Translations under genes and position numbers: made by a program
In this document: positions 27,701 to 40,437 of the stretch, one piece after another
How the letters are laid out: the number at the start of each line of letters is the position of its first letter
Position numbering within the stretch: the stretch's first letter is position 1
Source of the DNA: the human T2T-CHM13v2.0 reference genome, Homo sapiens
Assembly (NCBI RefSeq): GCF_009914755.1
Contig: NC_060927.1
Strand: one strand, 5' to 3'
Length of the DNA: 64,000 nt
The notes under the pieces: model-generated
Databases searched by the model: none
Told to the model about the DNA's origin: nothing
Seen by the model: only the letters and a program-made list of their open reading frames with translations

Positions 27701-29580
27701 CTGTACTATCACTCCTGTAAACTGACAAGTGACATGTCACTTAGAATATGTGATGATGACATCTACATTTAAAACATGCTCTATTATACCATGTTGATGT
27801 ATGATAATGGCAGAACTTTCTGGTTTTCCCAAGCTTAGTGTTTACACAAAGTGAAACAAAGTAAATGGGAGCGCTCTGATAATGTTCGGATAACCCTATA
27901 TGAGGAAAGAAACTCTTACTCTTGTTTACAATTCTGAGAATAATTTTATCACACCATAACTTCTCTTTCTCCTAATATTCTCATATCTAAATGGCATATT
28001 CTTCCTTCGAATTAGCAAGATCAATGAACTTTCTCAAGTTCTACTCCCTGATTCTTTCTGTATCCTAAGGAACACTATAGCTGTAGATATCATTATCTTC
28101 TCTACACTTCCTCAAAGGGAATAAACTAGTCCTGTCTTGTTTACCATTATATCTATCTCTGTGTGTTTTATACTGTATGCAATACAGTTGCTATTATGAA
28201 TATTTATTAAATAAATGCATGAATATCTGCTTTTGGATTTTAAGTGACTTTGCCAAATTAAAGCATAAGTCATTGCTTTGAAAACAGGGCAAGAGTGGAT
28301 TTCTGGGGATGAGTCAAGCCTGGGGAAGGTTAAAGCTTCCCAGGGAGAGAGACACCATTTGTAGTAATGTAGCTGGCAAATCAATAGGACAACCTGCTAC
28401 TTTTGTGGTTCAAACCACTTGCTTGAAAACAAAAATAGAGAAGAATCATATCACTTCAATCTGACTGACACGTAGGGCATGAAGCTCATAGAAAATTCAC
28501 AGAGAGAAAATTGGACCAAGATTATGATTCCACTCCATCAAGAGCCAAAAATTAATCATATAATTAATTCTAAAATATTTCAAGAAAAGCTCATTTGACA
28601 TTAAAAACTATTTTTAATGTGATGCAAAACATATCTGATAATCCACACTATGTTAGAAGTTCTTCTGTGAACAAAGGACATTCTATAGAACTCCCATGTG
28701 GCAATCATCATGGCAGCATGGGTACAGATAAATAAATGTAAAGGGTATCTGCTCTAAGTGAGCTCCAAATGTAATGAATTGATGATTAGTAAATCTCTCA
28801 GTAAAAATGTATTTTGAAGGTAGTGTCCATACTAGTTCTAGGCAGTTTTATATCAACTGGACTATAATATTTAAAAGTCAGTAACACTCTATATGGGACA
28901 AATTCTGGATTAATTGCACATTGAAGACTTTTTTTTTTAAATTGAAGAAGATGAATCTAAAATATTTCTACAGTATTTAGATAAGGCATGTTGTTTTTAT
29001 TTGATACTGTTATATTGTTGTTGTCCTCCAGAAGCCCAGAGACTTTTATAGCTGGTATGTCAGTAAAGCAACACACCAATACTCCAATAAAATAAATTGA
29101 TAGCAGATGCTTTCCTTCTCATTTTTAGAGTCTGAATATATAGCCATATTGGCCCTCGGTAAAAACAGAATTGTTAAAATATCTGAAATTTAATCCAATG
29201 CTCACATTTAATCACTGTTGGTGCTGTCCTGTTAATTTCTCTGAGGTAATGGTAGCTATGACAACAAGGGGTAAAAAATCTAACATATGCAGCTTTCAAC
29301 TTATCTCTCCTTTTACATTACATTATTTATAGTGTCGTACTTTAAAGTATATGGAATTTTCACAAGGTTCATTTTCCAACAGGGGGTGACTATCCTGAGG
29401 TTTTCTAGGCAGTTTCATATGATTATCTTTCAAAATAATTTGGAGTACTAGAGTGTACATCTTGCAGGTCAAAGGCACAAATATTTTAAATGGAAATTTT
29501 GAAATAAAACAGTTGCTCTCTACTGATGAATTTTTATTATAGAATTCCTTACATTTTGTTGCTGTTCTGCTTTATAACAG

Positions 29581-29766
29581 GTGAATTTGGAGAGGTGTGC
29601 AGTGGTCGCTTAAAACTTCCTTCAAAAAAAGAGATTTCAGTGGCCATTAAGACCCTGAAAGTTGGCTACACAGAAAAGCAGAGGAGAGACTTCCTGGGAG
29701 AAGCAAGCATTATGGGACAGTTTGACCACCCCAATATCATTCGACTGGAAGGAGTTGTTACCAAAA
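29581..29766 (+). CDS. EPHA3: EPHA3 coding exon 11 (kinase N-lobe: Gly loop, VAIK lysine, alpha-C)
   Basis: Acceptor ataacag ending 29580, donor AAA|gtaagt at 29767; 186 nt; [27 protein letters not shown]...EGVVTK. Confidence 0.98.
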
Positions 29767-32566
29767 GTAAGTAAAGTAGTCATAAGACCTGTGTTTCCGT
29801 ATGTTGAGCAAAGGTTGTTTAAACCCAACCCCAACCATTTAAGAATTTTGGCTTTTTTTCATAAGTATCTCAGTTTTACCAAAAAGAAAAGTTTAGGAAT
29901 AGCATGCCTTTCTTTGACAGTAGAGCAGACCTTTAAATAATATTCTATTGACAGTACTGTTTTAGACCTCAAAAAATTTTAAAAAAATACTAGAAGCCAC
30001 ATATTAGACCATTTAAAGGTACGCTGATTAGCAGACAGTTAAGAGAAGAATTGTGGGGAATTCTCGGCTATGTAAGTAGCAAAGAAAAACAATGACTCAA
30101 GCTTGACAGGAACTCCCAGCTAGCTGCCTTTTCTTTTATTGTTCATCAGTTTTATTTAAAAGTTACAAATCTTTAACCTCCTCCCACCCCCTGCATCCCT
30201 GCCTTTAGGAAAATTTTGGGAGTCTAGGAAATGCTTCTGAGCTGTACAGATTGGAATCACAATAGACCCAAGGCCGTTTCTTGGTTCTCTGTGGATTTTA
30301 AATAGTTCTGATCTAGAAACCCAGGTGGATTCTTACTGCTCTGTGGAAGCTCTGGCTCACAGCCCATGATAGAGATGTGAACTTATTTCCATGATGGTTT
30401 CTCCAGCAGGTCTCAAAAGGGATCCTGTGAGGCGGATCTGTGATTTTTGGCTCCAATCCCTATATAAGTCTCTTGAGAATACTCTGGGACATTTTTCCTC
30501 AAGATTTTGGAGCTCAGGATGAAGAATAAGTGAAATTGGCAGCAAACTTTTTAGAGTGAAAGACAACATATGGCAGGGAATTTGGCATCCTTTAGGGGAT
30601 AATTCATTGGCACCACATTTACATACTCTATCGTTACCAACAGACATATTTTTCATAATTATATTTCTCTTTACCATTTTATAGAGCATTTTCCAAATGG
30701 CACTAATACTTATTCTCACTTTAGCATGACTAAAAAGGCATTTCCTTCCTCATGAGAGCATGGTTTAATTGAAATAGACTTTGATTTCCTTTTGAGTTTT
30801 CATATATAAAAAGTGGAATTAAGAATTTAACAATGTGGAATAGTTCAACATACATTGTAAGTCCATATTAATTCTTATAAGGCTTTTTATTTGTTTGCCT
30901 ATGTACTCTACAAAACCAGGCCTTATTAATAGAAATATTTTCTGATAAAAAACATTTTTAAATTTTAAGTTAATAATTAATAAAAATGGGCATAATTAGT
31001 AAGGATTGGGAAAGTGTATGAATCCTTTGTTCTTTCTGAGCAAGGCTATACTGTTTTATGTCTGTACAGTTACAGTATCATGTCTCATTGGGATTTTAGT
31101 GTCATTTAGCCATTTAATGTTCTCCATTACATCTGCATCAAGTGGTGGTTGCCTTTTAGCTCTTGAGCCTCCTGGGAAGAGAAAACTCCCTTGTACTTAT
31201 GAAGCCATTCTTCTAACTCTCAATTTTTACAAGTTTTTCATTATGAAGTATCTGTTATGTGCCCACATTATACTATGACATTATTTCATTCTTACCACTA
31301 CCCTGTGAATTAGACATGATAATTTCTCTCTTACATTTGAACAAACAATAACTGTAAAGGGTAATTAGCTTGTATAACTAGAAAATGCTAGAGGTAGCAC
31401 TGGGAACTTGTTCTGTTCATTTCACCCCATCCCCAACTCTGAACCCAAACAGGTTTCTACTTGTCTTTTCCTGTATTCTACTTATTCTTTTATATCGTTA
31501 CTTTAAAAATCTTCTCTAACATAGTGAGACATTCCTCAATCTTCAAAAATTTCTGGAACTATTAATAATCCTTAATATCTAAAACAAAATATAAACTCTC
31601 AAAGAGGGCAAAAACCCATGTTATTTGATGACAAGTGACTAAAATAAATCCTGGATCATAATAGATACTTAATTTACCAATGTTGAAAAATTAAAAAAAA
31701 TATTGATGAAGGAAGGAAGGAAGAAAGAAAAGAAGGAAGGAAGGGAGGACACAACAATATCTTTTAACAATAGGTCTTTCTTTAGTATTTGATTCATTAA
31801 ATTGAATACACTTTTCAAAGGAGTGCATTTAAATAACTACTTCTATCACCCAGAGAGTGATGAAAAAAAATGATTACTTTTTAGCTTGAATAGAATCATA
31901 ATCTAACTTCTTCAACATGTGTAATTAAGAAAAAAATGAGCTAAGAGTCACTATCACACAAATATTAGGTTCTAATTTAAGCTTACTAATAAACTCACTC
32001 TATTATTTTGTCAGTCATGAGTTGATTTTTTTGTTTCAGTGTTATGAATTATGAAAGCTACTCCTTATATTTTCCTGTTTCCTATAAATGCATTTACTGG
32101 ATGATAAGCAACATTAAACTATAAATGTTGTGGCAAATTTCCTTTAGATATAAAACTGAAACAATTAAATATAGATTATGGTAGACTGACAAATCTATGA
32201 AACAATCTCTAAGACAAAAAATGTAGAAAAATGCACTAAAATGACTTTTAAAAATTGCAGGTATTATATATTAAACATCTTACTCAAACCGACTCTGTAA
32301 CATTCTAATATGGATTACAACTGCCTTATTCTTAGGGTGAGAGTTCTAAATTTGATATATCTCCCTGGTCAAATAAGCATGTAAGAAGCTGCCAAATCTG
32401 ACTATATAAATCCCAGTCATCTCATATATTGTAAATATAATAGAGTAGTAGCCCTAGAATTAGATTTTGAACTCCTTGGTGGCATATTTATAAGCTCTTA
32501 GTCTGGCACCCGGTAACATCTGAGAGGAAATAGAAACTCCTTACAATAAAGTTGATATGTTGTATT

Positions 32567-32569
<3 letters not shown>

Positions 32570-32606
<37 letters not shown>
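32570..32606. repeat. (CA)n microsatellite
   Basis: Direct reading. Confidence 0.95.
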
Positions 32607-32610
<4 letters not shown>

Positions 32611-34379
32611 CGATTGTGTTTCCAAAAGAAGCTATTTATTCTACTGCTATTATTGTCTTTGTTTCCTGAGATTTCTAAAACAATCCACCTGCAGAGATCA
32701 GAAAGCACATCTATACATGCACACATGCACACACACACACACAACTAGAGTGATGCAGAGCTTATAATTTAATGAACAAAATAATATTTTCAAAAGCAGG
32801 CATATCAGTATCTAGATTAATAATCAATGATCTGAGTTCAAGTTCTGAAACAACCTTACTCCTCTGAGAACTCCTACAAATCAGACAATTCACACATAAT
32901 TCATTTCTTCGCTTGTAACAAAATTAAACAGTACTACTTTACTATTTTTAGATACTAAAGATCAAATGAGATTACATAAGAATATATTAAGTGGCAAAGA
33001 ACTGTGCAAATCTAAATTACTCCTCTGGTTGTTTGAGATTTTACCAATCAATTTGGGTGTATAGAAAAAAATTCTTGAAAATAATTCTTTTTTTGCTCAA
33101 AGATAAATCTGTTTATTATTGTTATTCGATTGTGTGCTTTGAAACACTAGGTCAAATACAATGTATCATTTTCAAATCATTTGAAGAAAACTTTTCTTAA
33201 AGCTTTTTATTCAGTCATTGTATTTTCATTTAGCCACAAACAATTTTAATGTTTTTGAGCCTGATGGTCTTAAACAGGAGAAGGTGAGAGAGTCTCTGAT
33301 CTTCAAAGTAGCAGAAAGCGGGGGGCACAGGCTCTGCTCACAACAAGGTACTAACATGTGTTATCAATTTTAGCTGAAGTTCAAAAGGATAGAACTTGTT
33401 CTTAGCAAATGTTTGATATTTCTGCCATCACACCATTAGTCAAATAATGTTCAGACTCCAAGAACACCTTCCATTGGCCACTTTTCACCTAGCGAAATAG
33501 AAGGAATTATATTGGATGAGATTAATGTATTTTGTCTTGCATTATTTTCAGGAAATTTTAAAAAATTACCATGTAACTTAAGTGTAACTTTGCATTATTG
33601 AGGAATGTCATGGGCAGAACGTTAAGATGATTTTCATAATTAAAACTTATCTGTAGTGGCATGAGTATCCACTTTCACTAAAAGCTTAGCCATTGGCTTC
33701 CAGTTGCCTGTTTCCCTGCATGTACGGTAAGGACACATTTCTGGAATAAGAGGTCATCATTTAGTAACAATGCCAAATTCTAGTTATTTTCTGTTTGTTT
33801 CTCTCTAAAAATATTCTAAATTTGTCTTAAGTGTACTACACTTCATGTCATCTTAAAAGACAATACATACGTTGTACTTACTATACTAGTAATTTACAGA
33901 GATAGTTTGTTAGGATAACAAATTTTGGAAACTCTAATGACCCAAGTTTTATCATGGATTCATGGCTGCAAATTGTTAAAATGAGTTCAGAACATGTCTG
34001 TCTAAGTAACCACATCAACAAAATTAAAAAATCACTGCTCGATATATTAGAAAAATATAAGACAGGGAATGTTATTTTTACATATTTAAACAGCTTTTGT
34101 TACTTCTTCATCACTGTCCACTTATGTCCCTTGGATGAATAGGCCATTTTGACTTATAGAAAAGTGTGGTATTGTGTATTTTTCTCATTTATATGTATAG
34201 GATGGTTTTCTGATATTTTTGAAAAATTAAGATCAACTTACAAAATTTGTTAGAGCACGATTTGTGTGTGCCCAAAGACACCATTTCTAGAGCACTGGTT
34301 TACATATACAGTAAATCTCCTAGAGAAAGAAGAAATATGATGAAGCACTAGTTTAGTAGCTGTCTGAATAACTGTGGTC

Positions 34380-34900
34380 TTACACAACCTTTGCAGAAAG
34401 GGAAAAAAAGTATCACCTCTAAATGCCGAGGCTAGTAATATCTTGATACCAAACTATACAGCTATTATCAGAAAGTATAATAACATTATTGTAATGCATA
34501 AACAAAAATTTAATAACACTAGAATAATTGTGAAGCCATATCTGAAAGTGTATCAAAAAAGATACTACACCATTTCCCAAGTGTAGTTTATTCCAAGTAT
34601 GAAAAGTTGGTTTTGTATTTAACAATTCTAAAAACTCATAACATTAATAGGTAATAAGAAAGTTCTATCTTAATAAATGCAAAAAATAAACTATTTTAAT
34701 TTTAATTTTTTATTAGCACATCATACATAGAAAATATGTATTCCTGATAAAGGTATGTAAACAGCCCCCAAACAAACACAAACAAACCCACAAATGTCAC
34801 ATTTAATAGTAAAACTTTAAAAGCATTTCTTTTCGAGAGAAAACAAAAAGCCTGTTGTTATTATTATTTCAATTCAATATTGTACAGGAAATCTTAAACC
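34380..34900 (+). mobile_element. Ancient L1 (L1M-type) ORF2-derived fragment
   Basis: Degenerate L1 motifs (gaggctagtaatatcttgataccaaa; caagtgtagtttattccaagtatgaaaagttggttt; aaactttaaaagcatttc); boundaries approximate. Confidence 0.6.
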
Positions 34901-37900
34901 TTTTTTTTTGACTTTTACAAATAAATCAGCTCCTTTATTTGCATTATTTTGAGCACTCTGATAATGACAGTCTTCACTGATATTTTTGAAATCCTGTTTT
35001 TTGTTAAATAAGCTTTTCCAATTAGGCAAGCAAATAAATAAAAGAAAGCTTGGAAAGGAGAAAAAAACAAAACTTTTTATGAAATCAAACAACATATTAA
35101 GAGTATTATATACATTCATTCCACTTACTGTATGCCTTACATTATTGTGCTTACTGCATGACTCAGCTCTAACTAGCATAATGGACAGTAAATTAGTTGT
35201 TATCTTTGAAGATGTTAAATTTCGTTTCAAGTTAAGCATAAATAAATATAAATATTTTTCAAGCAGCTGAAAGTAAAGCATTCTATGTGTTAGGATTGAT
35301 AGAGTAGGGTTGGTTAAGGAAGTCTTGGAGAAAGTGTTTCTCATCCTGATTTTGAAGAAAGAAATTATCTCTAGCCAGTCTGAAATTATAGACCTAATTT
35401 GATCAATTGTAACTGGCACAGTGGTAGGTGTTGGATTTAGAACTACAGACAAATGGGCTTGGTCTTTGCTCTCATTAACTCATAGACGTAATAGGGGTCA
35501 TTTCCACACAATAATGTCTTGATTAAAATGGAATTTGGAAGACGTTGCCCTGTAATTTTATAATGATTTAATAAGAAACCCACAAAAAAAAATACCCTAA
35601 CTCAGCTCAATATTTCATTTCAATATTTCAGTTCAATATTCATTACAATATTTTTATCAGTTAGGTATGATATGTGAAAATCTATGATACATTTTTTATT
35701 CTCATCAAAGATGATTCAAATCTTCTTTCCTGGAAATAGGCAAATTTTGTCAATTTTTTTCAACTTTCCATCTCCCGTTTTTTTTTTTTTTCCTTCCATC
35801 CTGACACTGATTATATAGATTGCTAGCGGCTAAGGTCAAAGGTTTTGATTTTATAATATACCCTCATTAGAGTGTGTTTAATCCTTTTGAAAATAAGACA
35901 TAGAGTGTTAGACCCAATGACTGTTGTTAATAGGGAGTTAATAGCATTTCCATTTGAAATTATTAAATGTAAATATTTAATAATGTTTCAATATCTGATA
36001 AACAGTTTGTTTGAATGAAAATATTTTAATCTGAAAAACAAAGTTTGTTAGAAAATTTCAAAGAAAATATCTTTATGACTGACTATATATGTATATATAT
36101 ATGCGTATGTATGTGTATATATTTCACATTATTCTACTCTATAAGAAATGTGATTGAGAAGGTTGTGTTAAAATAGCTGGTGCTGAATCTGGAATTCTTA
36201 GACATTTTGAATCATATTTCTTCTGTCATCAAGCGGCGATTCAATGACTAGTAATAGCTCCGAGCCACTGGGGATAGTTGGGAAAAGGAACTGATTATAA
36301 CAGACTGATTTGCTTCCCTTTACTTTACAATTGTGAAAGATCATCATTTTATCTAAACTCATAAATCAACTTGAGAACAAAAGCAAAACTCCACTGCAAA
36401 TTTTGTTTTGCTCATTTTTGATGGTTTCATTTCAGCAAGTCATAGAACAGTACTTTCATTGAGTTTAGTATGTATACCCAGATGTGTTTTGGGGTTTCTG
36501 AGAGCCGCAAATGATACAAGCTTTGTCTGGAGGAAGACGATCATGTCATTTGTAAATCAAAATACACCTGGAAGAGCATGCAAACTTGAGTACAAATACA
36601 TGGCATAATGCGCAGATGAGCTGGCATTTTATAAATAATTTCCCACCACATTTAATGCATGTTGGAACTAGTTCTCGCCACTACAGAAGTCTCTTTTTCT
36701 TTAACCCTATTTACCATAATCAAAATCACAAGGGAAACCCTAAGTCAAGATACTGTTTCCCAAGGTAGAATATTTGTAATTCTGTTTACTCTTTGTATAT
36801 TTGATTTGCAGAATCTTTGAACGTAATGCAAAGCACATTTTCAGACTTGCCCATCTTAACTGATGTGTTTACAAATACCTGAATTCTAGAGTTAAATGCA
36901 CGCTGATGTGATTTCTGAATGGTCATGGGGCTTTGACTTAATTGACTGGTTTGATTTTTCAGCTACTTTTATTTCCCTTCCCAAACATCCCACTAGACAT
37001 GCTAATGAGAAATGGTCATAAGGCTGGGAGCCAGAAGGAAAGGAGTGATAAGTAAAGGTCTGAGTAGTATAAAAATGCAGTAACTGGCCAATGATATTGA
37101 GAGTTGGTGGTGTGAGGCAAAATATCTGTGACTGCATTTGAAGTGTGCATTGAATTTTGGTAACATATCATTCCTCCCAGCACTGTATGAAGGAGGAAAG
37201 ACAGAAACTGATGGTGATTTATAGAAAGTACACATATGCAGGATTTTATTCATTCATTCATTTATTCATTCATTTCATTTCAGGCCAGGCATCTAGAATC
37301 AAACAGTCTCTAGGGAACTGATACTAATTCAGGAGAGATCTAAGTTTCCAAGGAAATGGTGAATCTTCCCTTTCTTTTTGAATATTGTTTAATCAAAGTT
37401 TAGTTGGAATTTTGATAAAGCAAATTCTGGGGGCTCAAGGTTTTGACTGAAGCAATTTTTCAGATATTACTACATTAACTAGATAGATGTTACATGGTGC
37501 CTTAAAGACATAAATCAGTGTCTTAACGGAAAATAGATCAATGTATCAAGTGGTTGTAACATGTATAAAAGTTATCTCAAAAACTATAGAATTTAAATAG
37601 ATTTTTCCTTAATAAATAAGACATAATTCCTGGAATATATTCAAATTACTGAATGTAAAAGTATAACCTTCATGATGCTAACTCATAATTTACATTTTGT
37701 ACAAATCAAAGAGTTTTTTACACATGAAAGGAAAAAATCAAGAAAAGGAAGTTATTTTCTAGCATCAGAATGGCAAACTAACCTCATGATAAATAAGACA
37801 CATAGGAGGAAAAGTTGTGTTATACAGTTATGTGTACATTAATGTTTGTTTAACATCTGTTATTTGCTTATGAGTTTTCAGCAGTACTCGGTTAATACTC

Positions 37901-37999
37901 AACTCACGTCTTCTGGACTTGGAAAAGGAGTGATTTTCCTTCCTGTAAAATGCTGGACTTATAACTAAAATAGTATAAGAATAATAAAGTAAGGGAATT

Positions 38000-38230
38000 A
38001 CAGTGTGGTAATATGTATAGGTTTTGAAATTAGAGACAGTCGTGTTTAAAATTTTCTTGACTGCTATCTAATTGTATTACCTCAACAAGTTGCTTAAACC
38101 CACAATGTTTTCTGGGTAGGAATCAGTAAAATGGGAATAATGCATATTGCTAAAGCATAAGTAAGCTGTGAGGATTAAGTGATATAACAAATGTCAAGTA
38201 CCTAATGCAATGTTACATAATTCTAATCAT
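38000..38230 (+). mobile_element. MIR SINE fragment
   Basis: gtaaaatgggaataat...gtgaggattaagtgatataac; boundaries approximate. Confidence 0.65.
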
Positions 38231-38619
38231 GAAAAAAAAATTACCAGTATTTCTTTTATATCAAAGCATCCTTTTTTTGGTATTTTTCTTTTTAAAATGT
38301 TAGTTTTACATAATCTTCTTAATTGTTACCATAATGTATATAGAATTATATTTTCAGCTTTGTATAATATTACGCTGTAACAATTGTCTAAAGTGCTTAA
38401 GTCTTAAGGTCATCATTTTAATTTAAAATCATCCATAGCTTTAACATGCAATAACTGACTAAATCATTATCTGTAGTGGAACATTTGTTATATTCATAGC
38501 TCTGTGTATCCACTATACTTAGCACCTTTGTGTCTGATGCTTTTTCATATGTTACATTTTTCCCTCATTATCAGTTTCCGAAAGTGACAGCATAGTGTGT
38601 ACAGGTTGCAACTTTTAGC

Positions 38620-38720
38620 TTTATAACTTGTTAGATGTATGATGACCAGCAAGTTAATTAGCCTCTGTGTCTCAGTTTTCTCATGTGTAAAATGGAAATA
38701 ATAATACTTAATATGTTAAT
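38620..38720 (+). mobile_element. MIR SINE core fragment
   Basis: gcaagttaattagcctctgtgtctcagttttctcatgtgtaaaatggaaataata. Confidence 0.7.
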
Positions 38721-39479
38721 ATATAAATTAATTACACCAGCATCATGCTCACAATAAGTACTATTTAAATACATTAAAATGCTGGGTTAAAGGTTTCATG
38801 GTATTTTAGGCTACATATTTGCAAACTGGTTATTACAAGTTACTGCCAATAGCAATTTTAATTTCAGTTTTATTTTCCATTTAAACATAGCATTCATTTC
38901 ATAATTTTTAAGTGTTAAACAAATTTTGTAAATAATTATAACTATTATTCTGAATTGTTTTGTAGAACTCGTGTAGAATCCATAAAGGCAGAAATTTTGA
39001 TCTACTTGCTCCCCACTAAGCGGCACAAAAGAGAACACCTAGCACAGTGCCCTACACGTATATATGTGTGTGTGCACATATAGCACATATAAATACCCAT
39101 AGAAAGAATAAATAAATGTTAAATTCCTAACATTATCTTGGGCTTGGAGGCAGAAATATTTGGTGTTGAAGATAAGTGAGAATTTAATTAAAGAGAGGAA
39201 AGGGGCATATTTTTTGTTTACTTGAAAGGCCTGTCAAACCAATTTAGATGCTATTGGTCATGGGCCTTTGTTCTGGAAACCAATCTTCTCCAATTTTTGT
39301 GGTTTTTAAAGTTTTATTTTCTAATGAAACCTAGGGCTTTTTAAAATTTTTAAAAATTAGAAGACAGGCAAAGTTCTTACATCTCTATAATCCTCAGGTA
39401 AATCCAACTATATTATATATGTTCATTGTATAATACTTGAACTGTACTGATTATTATTTATTATTTACTGTATATCTAG

Positions 39480-39541
39480 GTAAGCCAGTTATGATTGTCA
39501 CAGAATACATGGAGAATGGTTCCTTGGATAGTTTCCTACGT
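39480..39541 (+). CDS. EPHA3: EPHA3 coding exon 12 (kinase hinge; SKPVMIVTEYMENGSLDSFLR)
   Basis: Acceptor tatctag ending 39479, donor CGT|gtaagt at 39542; 62 nt; absent from ORF track but required for frame. Confidence 0.97.
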
Positions 39542-40069
39542 GTAAGTAAGATGCACACACATACATATATATGAATAAATTGCTGAAAACATTAGAGACA
39601 CCCTCCAATATTGTGCCAAGCAATTCAGTAATCTAAGTTTAAAGTAAAACTGAAATCTTCTGAGGCTAAATAGACAGAGAAGGGCTGTAAAATTGCATCT
39701 TTTTTTGCAGCATTCAAATGTTAATGGTTTATATTTTTAAAACAAATTTGTGAGTTCTTCTTCAAAAGACTCTTTTTATACTGCCAAGATTCACACTCGT
39801 TAAATAAAAATAAAAAAGAATCCTAAAGCAAGTAATAAAACCCACTGATGTAAGACAGAAAGTCTCTTTTTTAAGTAATCTCAGTCTGATATAATTATTT
39901 AATCACAGTCTGATATAAGACAGCCCATCTACTTTCCAAACAGTGCTGTCAGAAAATAAGCATGTGCTATAATGCTAAAGTATATATAGTTTTAATTTAG
40001 ATATATCATTTTGCTGTTAGATATGTACATTAATTTTTTAGATTGAGAAGCTTTATACGTTTATCTATC

Positions 40070-40070
<1 letters not shown>

Positions 40071-40114
<44 letters not shown>
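40071..40114. repeat. (TCTA)11 tetranucleotide STR in an Alu tail
   Basis: Direct count of 11 units. Confidence 0.92.
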
Positions 40115-40115
<1 letters not shown>

Positions 40116-40437
40116 ATTTTTTGAGATGGAGTTTTACTCTTGTTGCCCAGGCAATGGTGCAATGGTGCAATGGTGCAATGGTGCAATGGTGCAATGGTGC
40201 AATCTTGGCTCACTGCAATCCCCGCCTGCTGGGTTCAAGTGATTTTCCTGCCTCAGCCTTCCAAATAGCAGGGATTACAGGCGCCCACCATCATGCCTGG
40301 CTAGTTTTTGTATTTTTAGTAGAGGTGGTGTTTCACCATGTTGGCCAGGCTGGTTTAGAACCCCTGACCTCAGATGATCCGCCCTCCTCAGCCTCCCAAA
40401 TTGCTAGGATTACAGGCATGAGCCACCGCACCTGGCC
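40115..40437 (-). mobile_element. Alu SINE (AluS-like) carrying an internal (GCAATGGT)6 array
   Basis: Reverse Alu consensus. Confidence 0.94.

Noticed and set aside
31708-31746. GGAA-rich tract as an EWS-FLI1-type microsatellite enhancer
   Set aside because: At most three consecutive GGAA units; too short and interrupted
34874-35452. Longest ORF in the track (192 aa, minus strand)
   Set aside because: Non-ATG start, low-complexity F/L/K/N/S composition typical of AT-rich DNA, abuts an L1 remnant, no recognisable domain or splice structure
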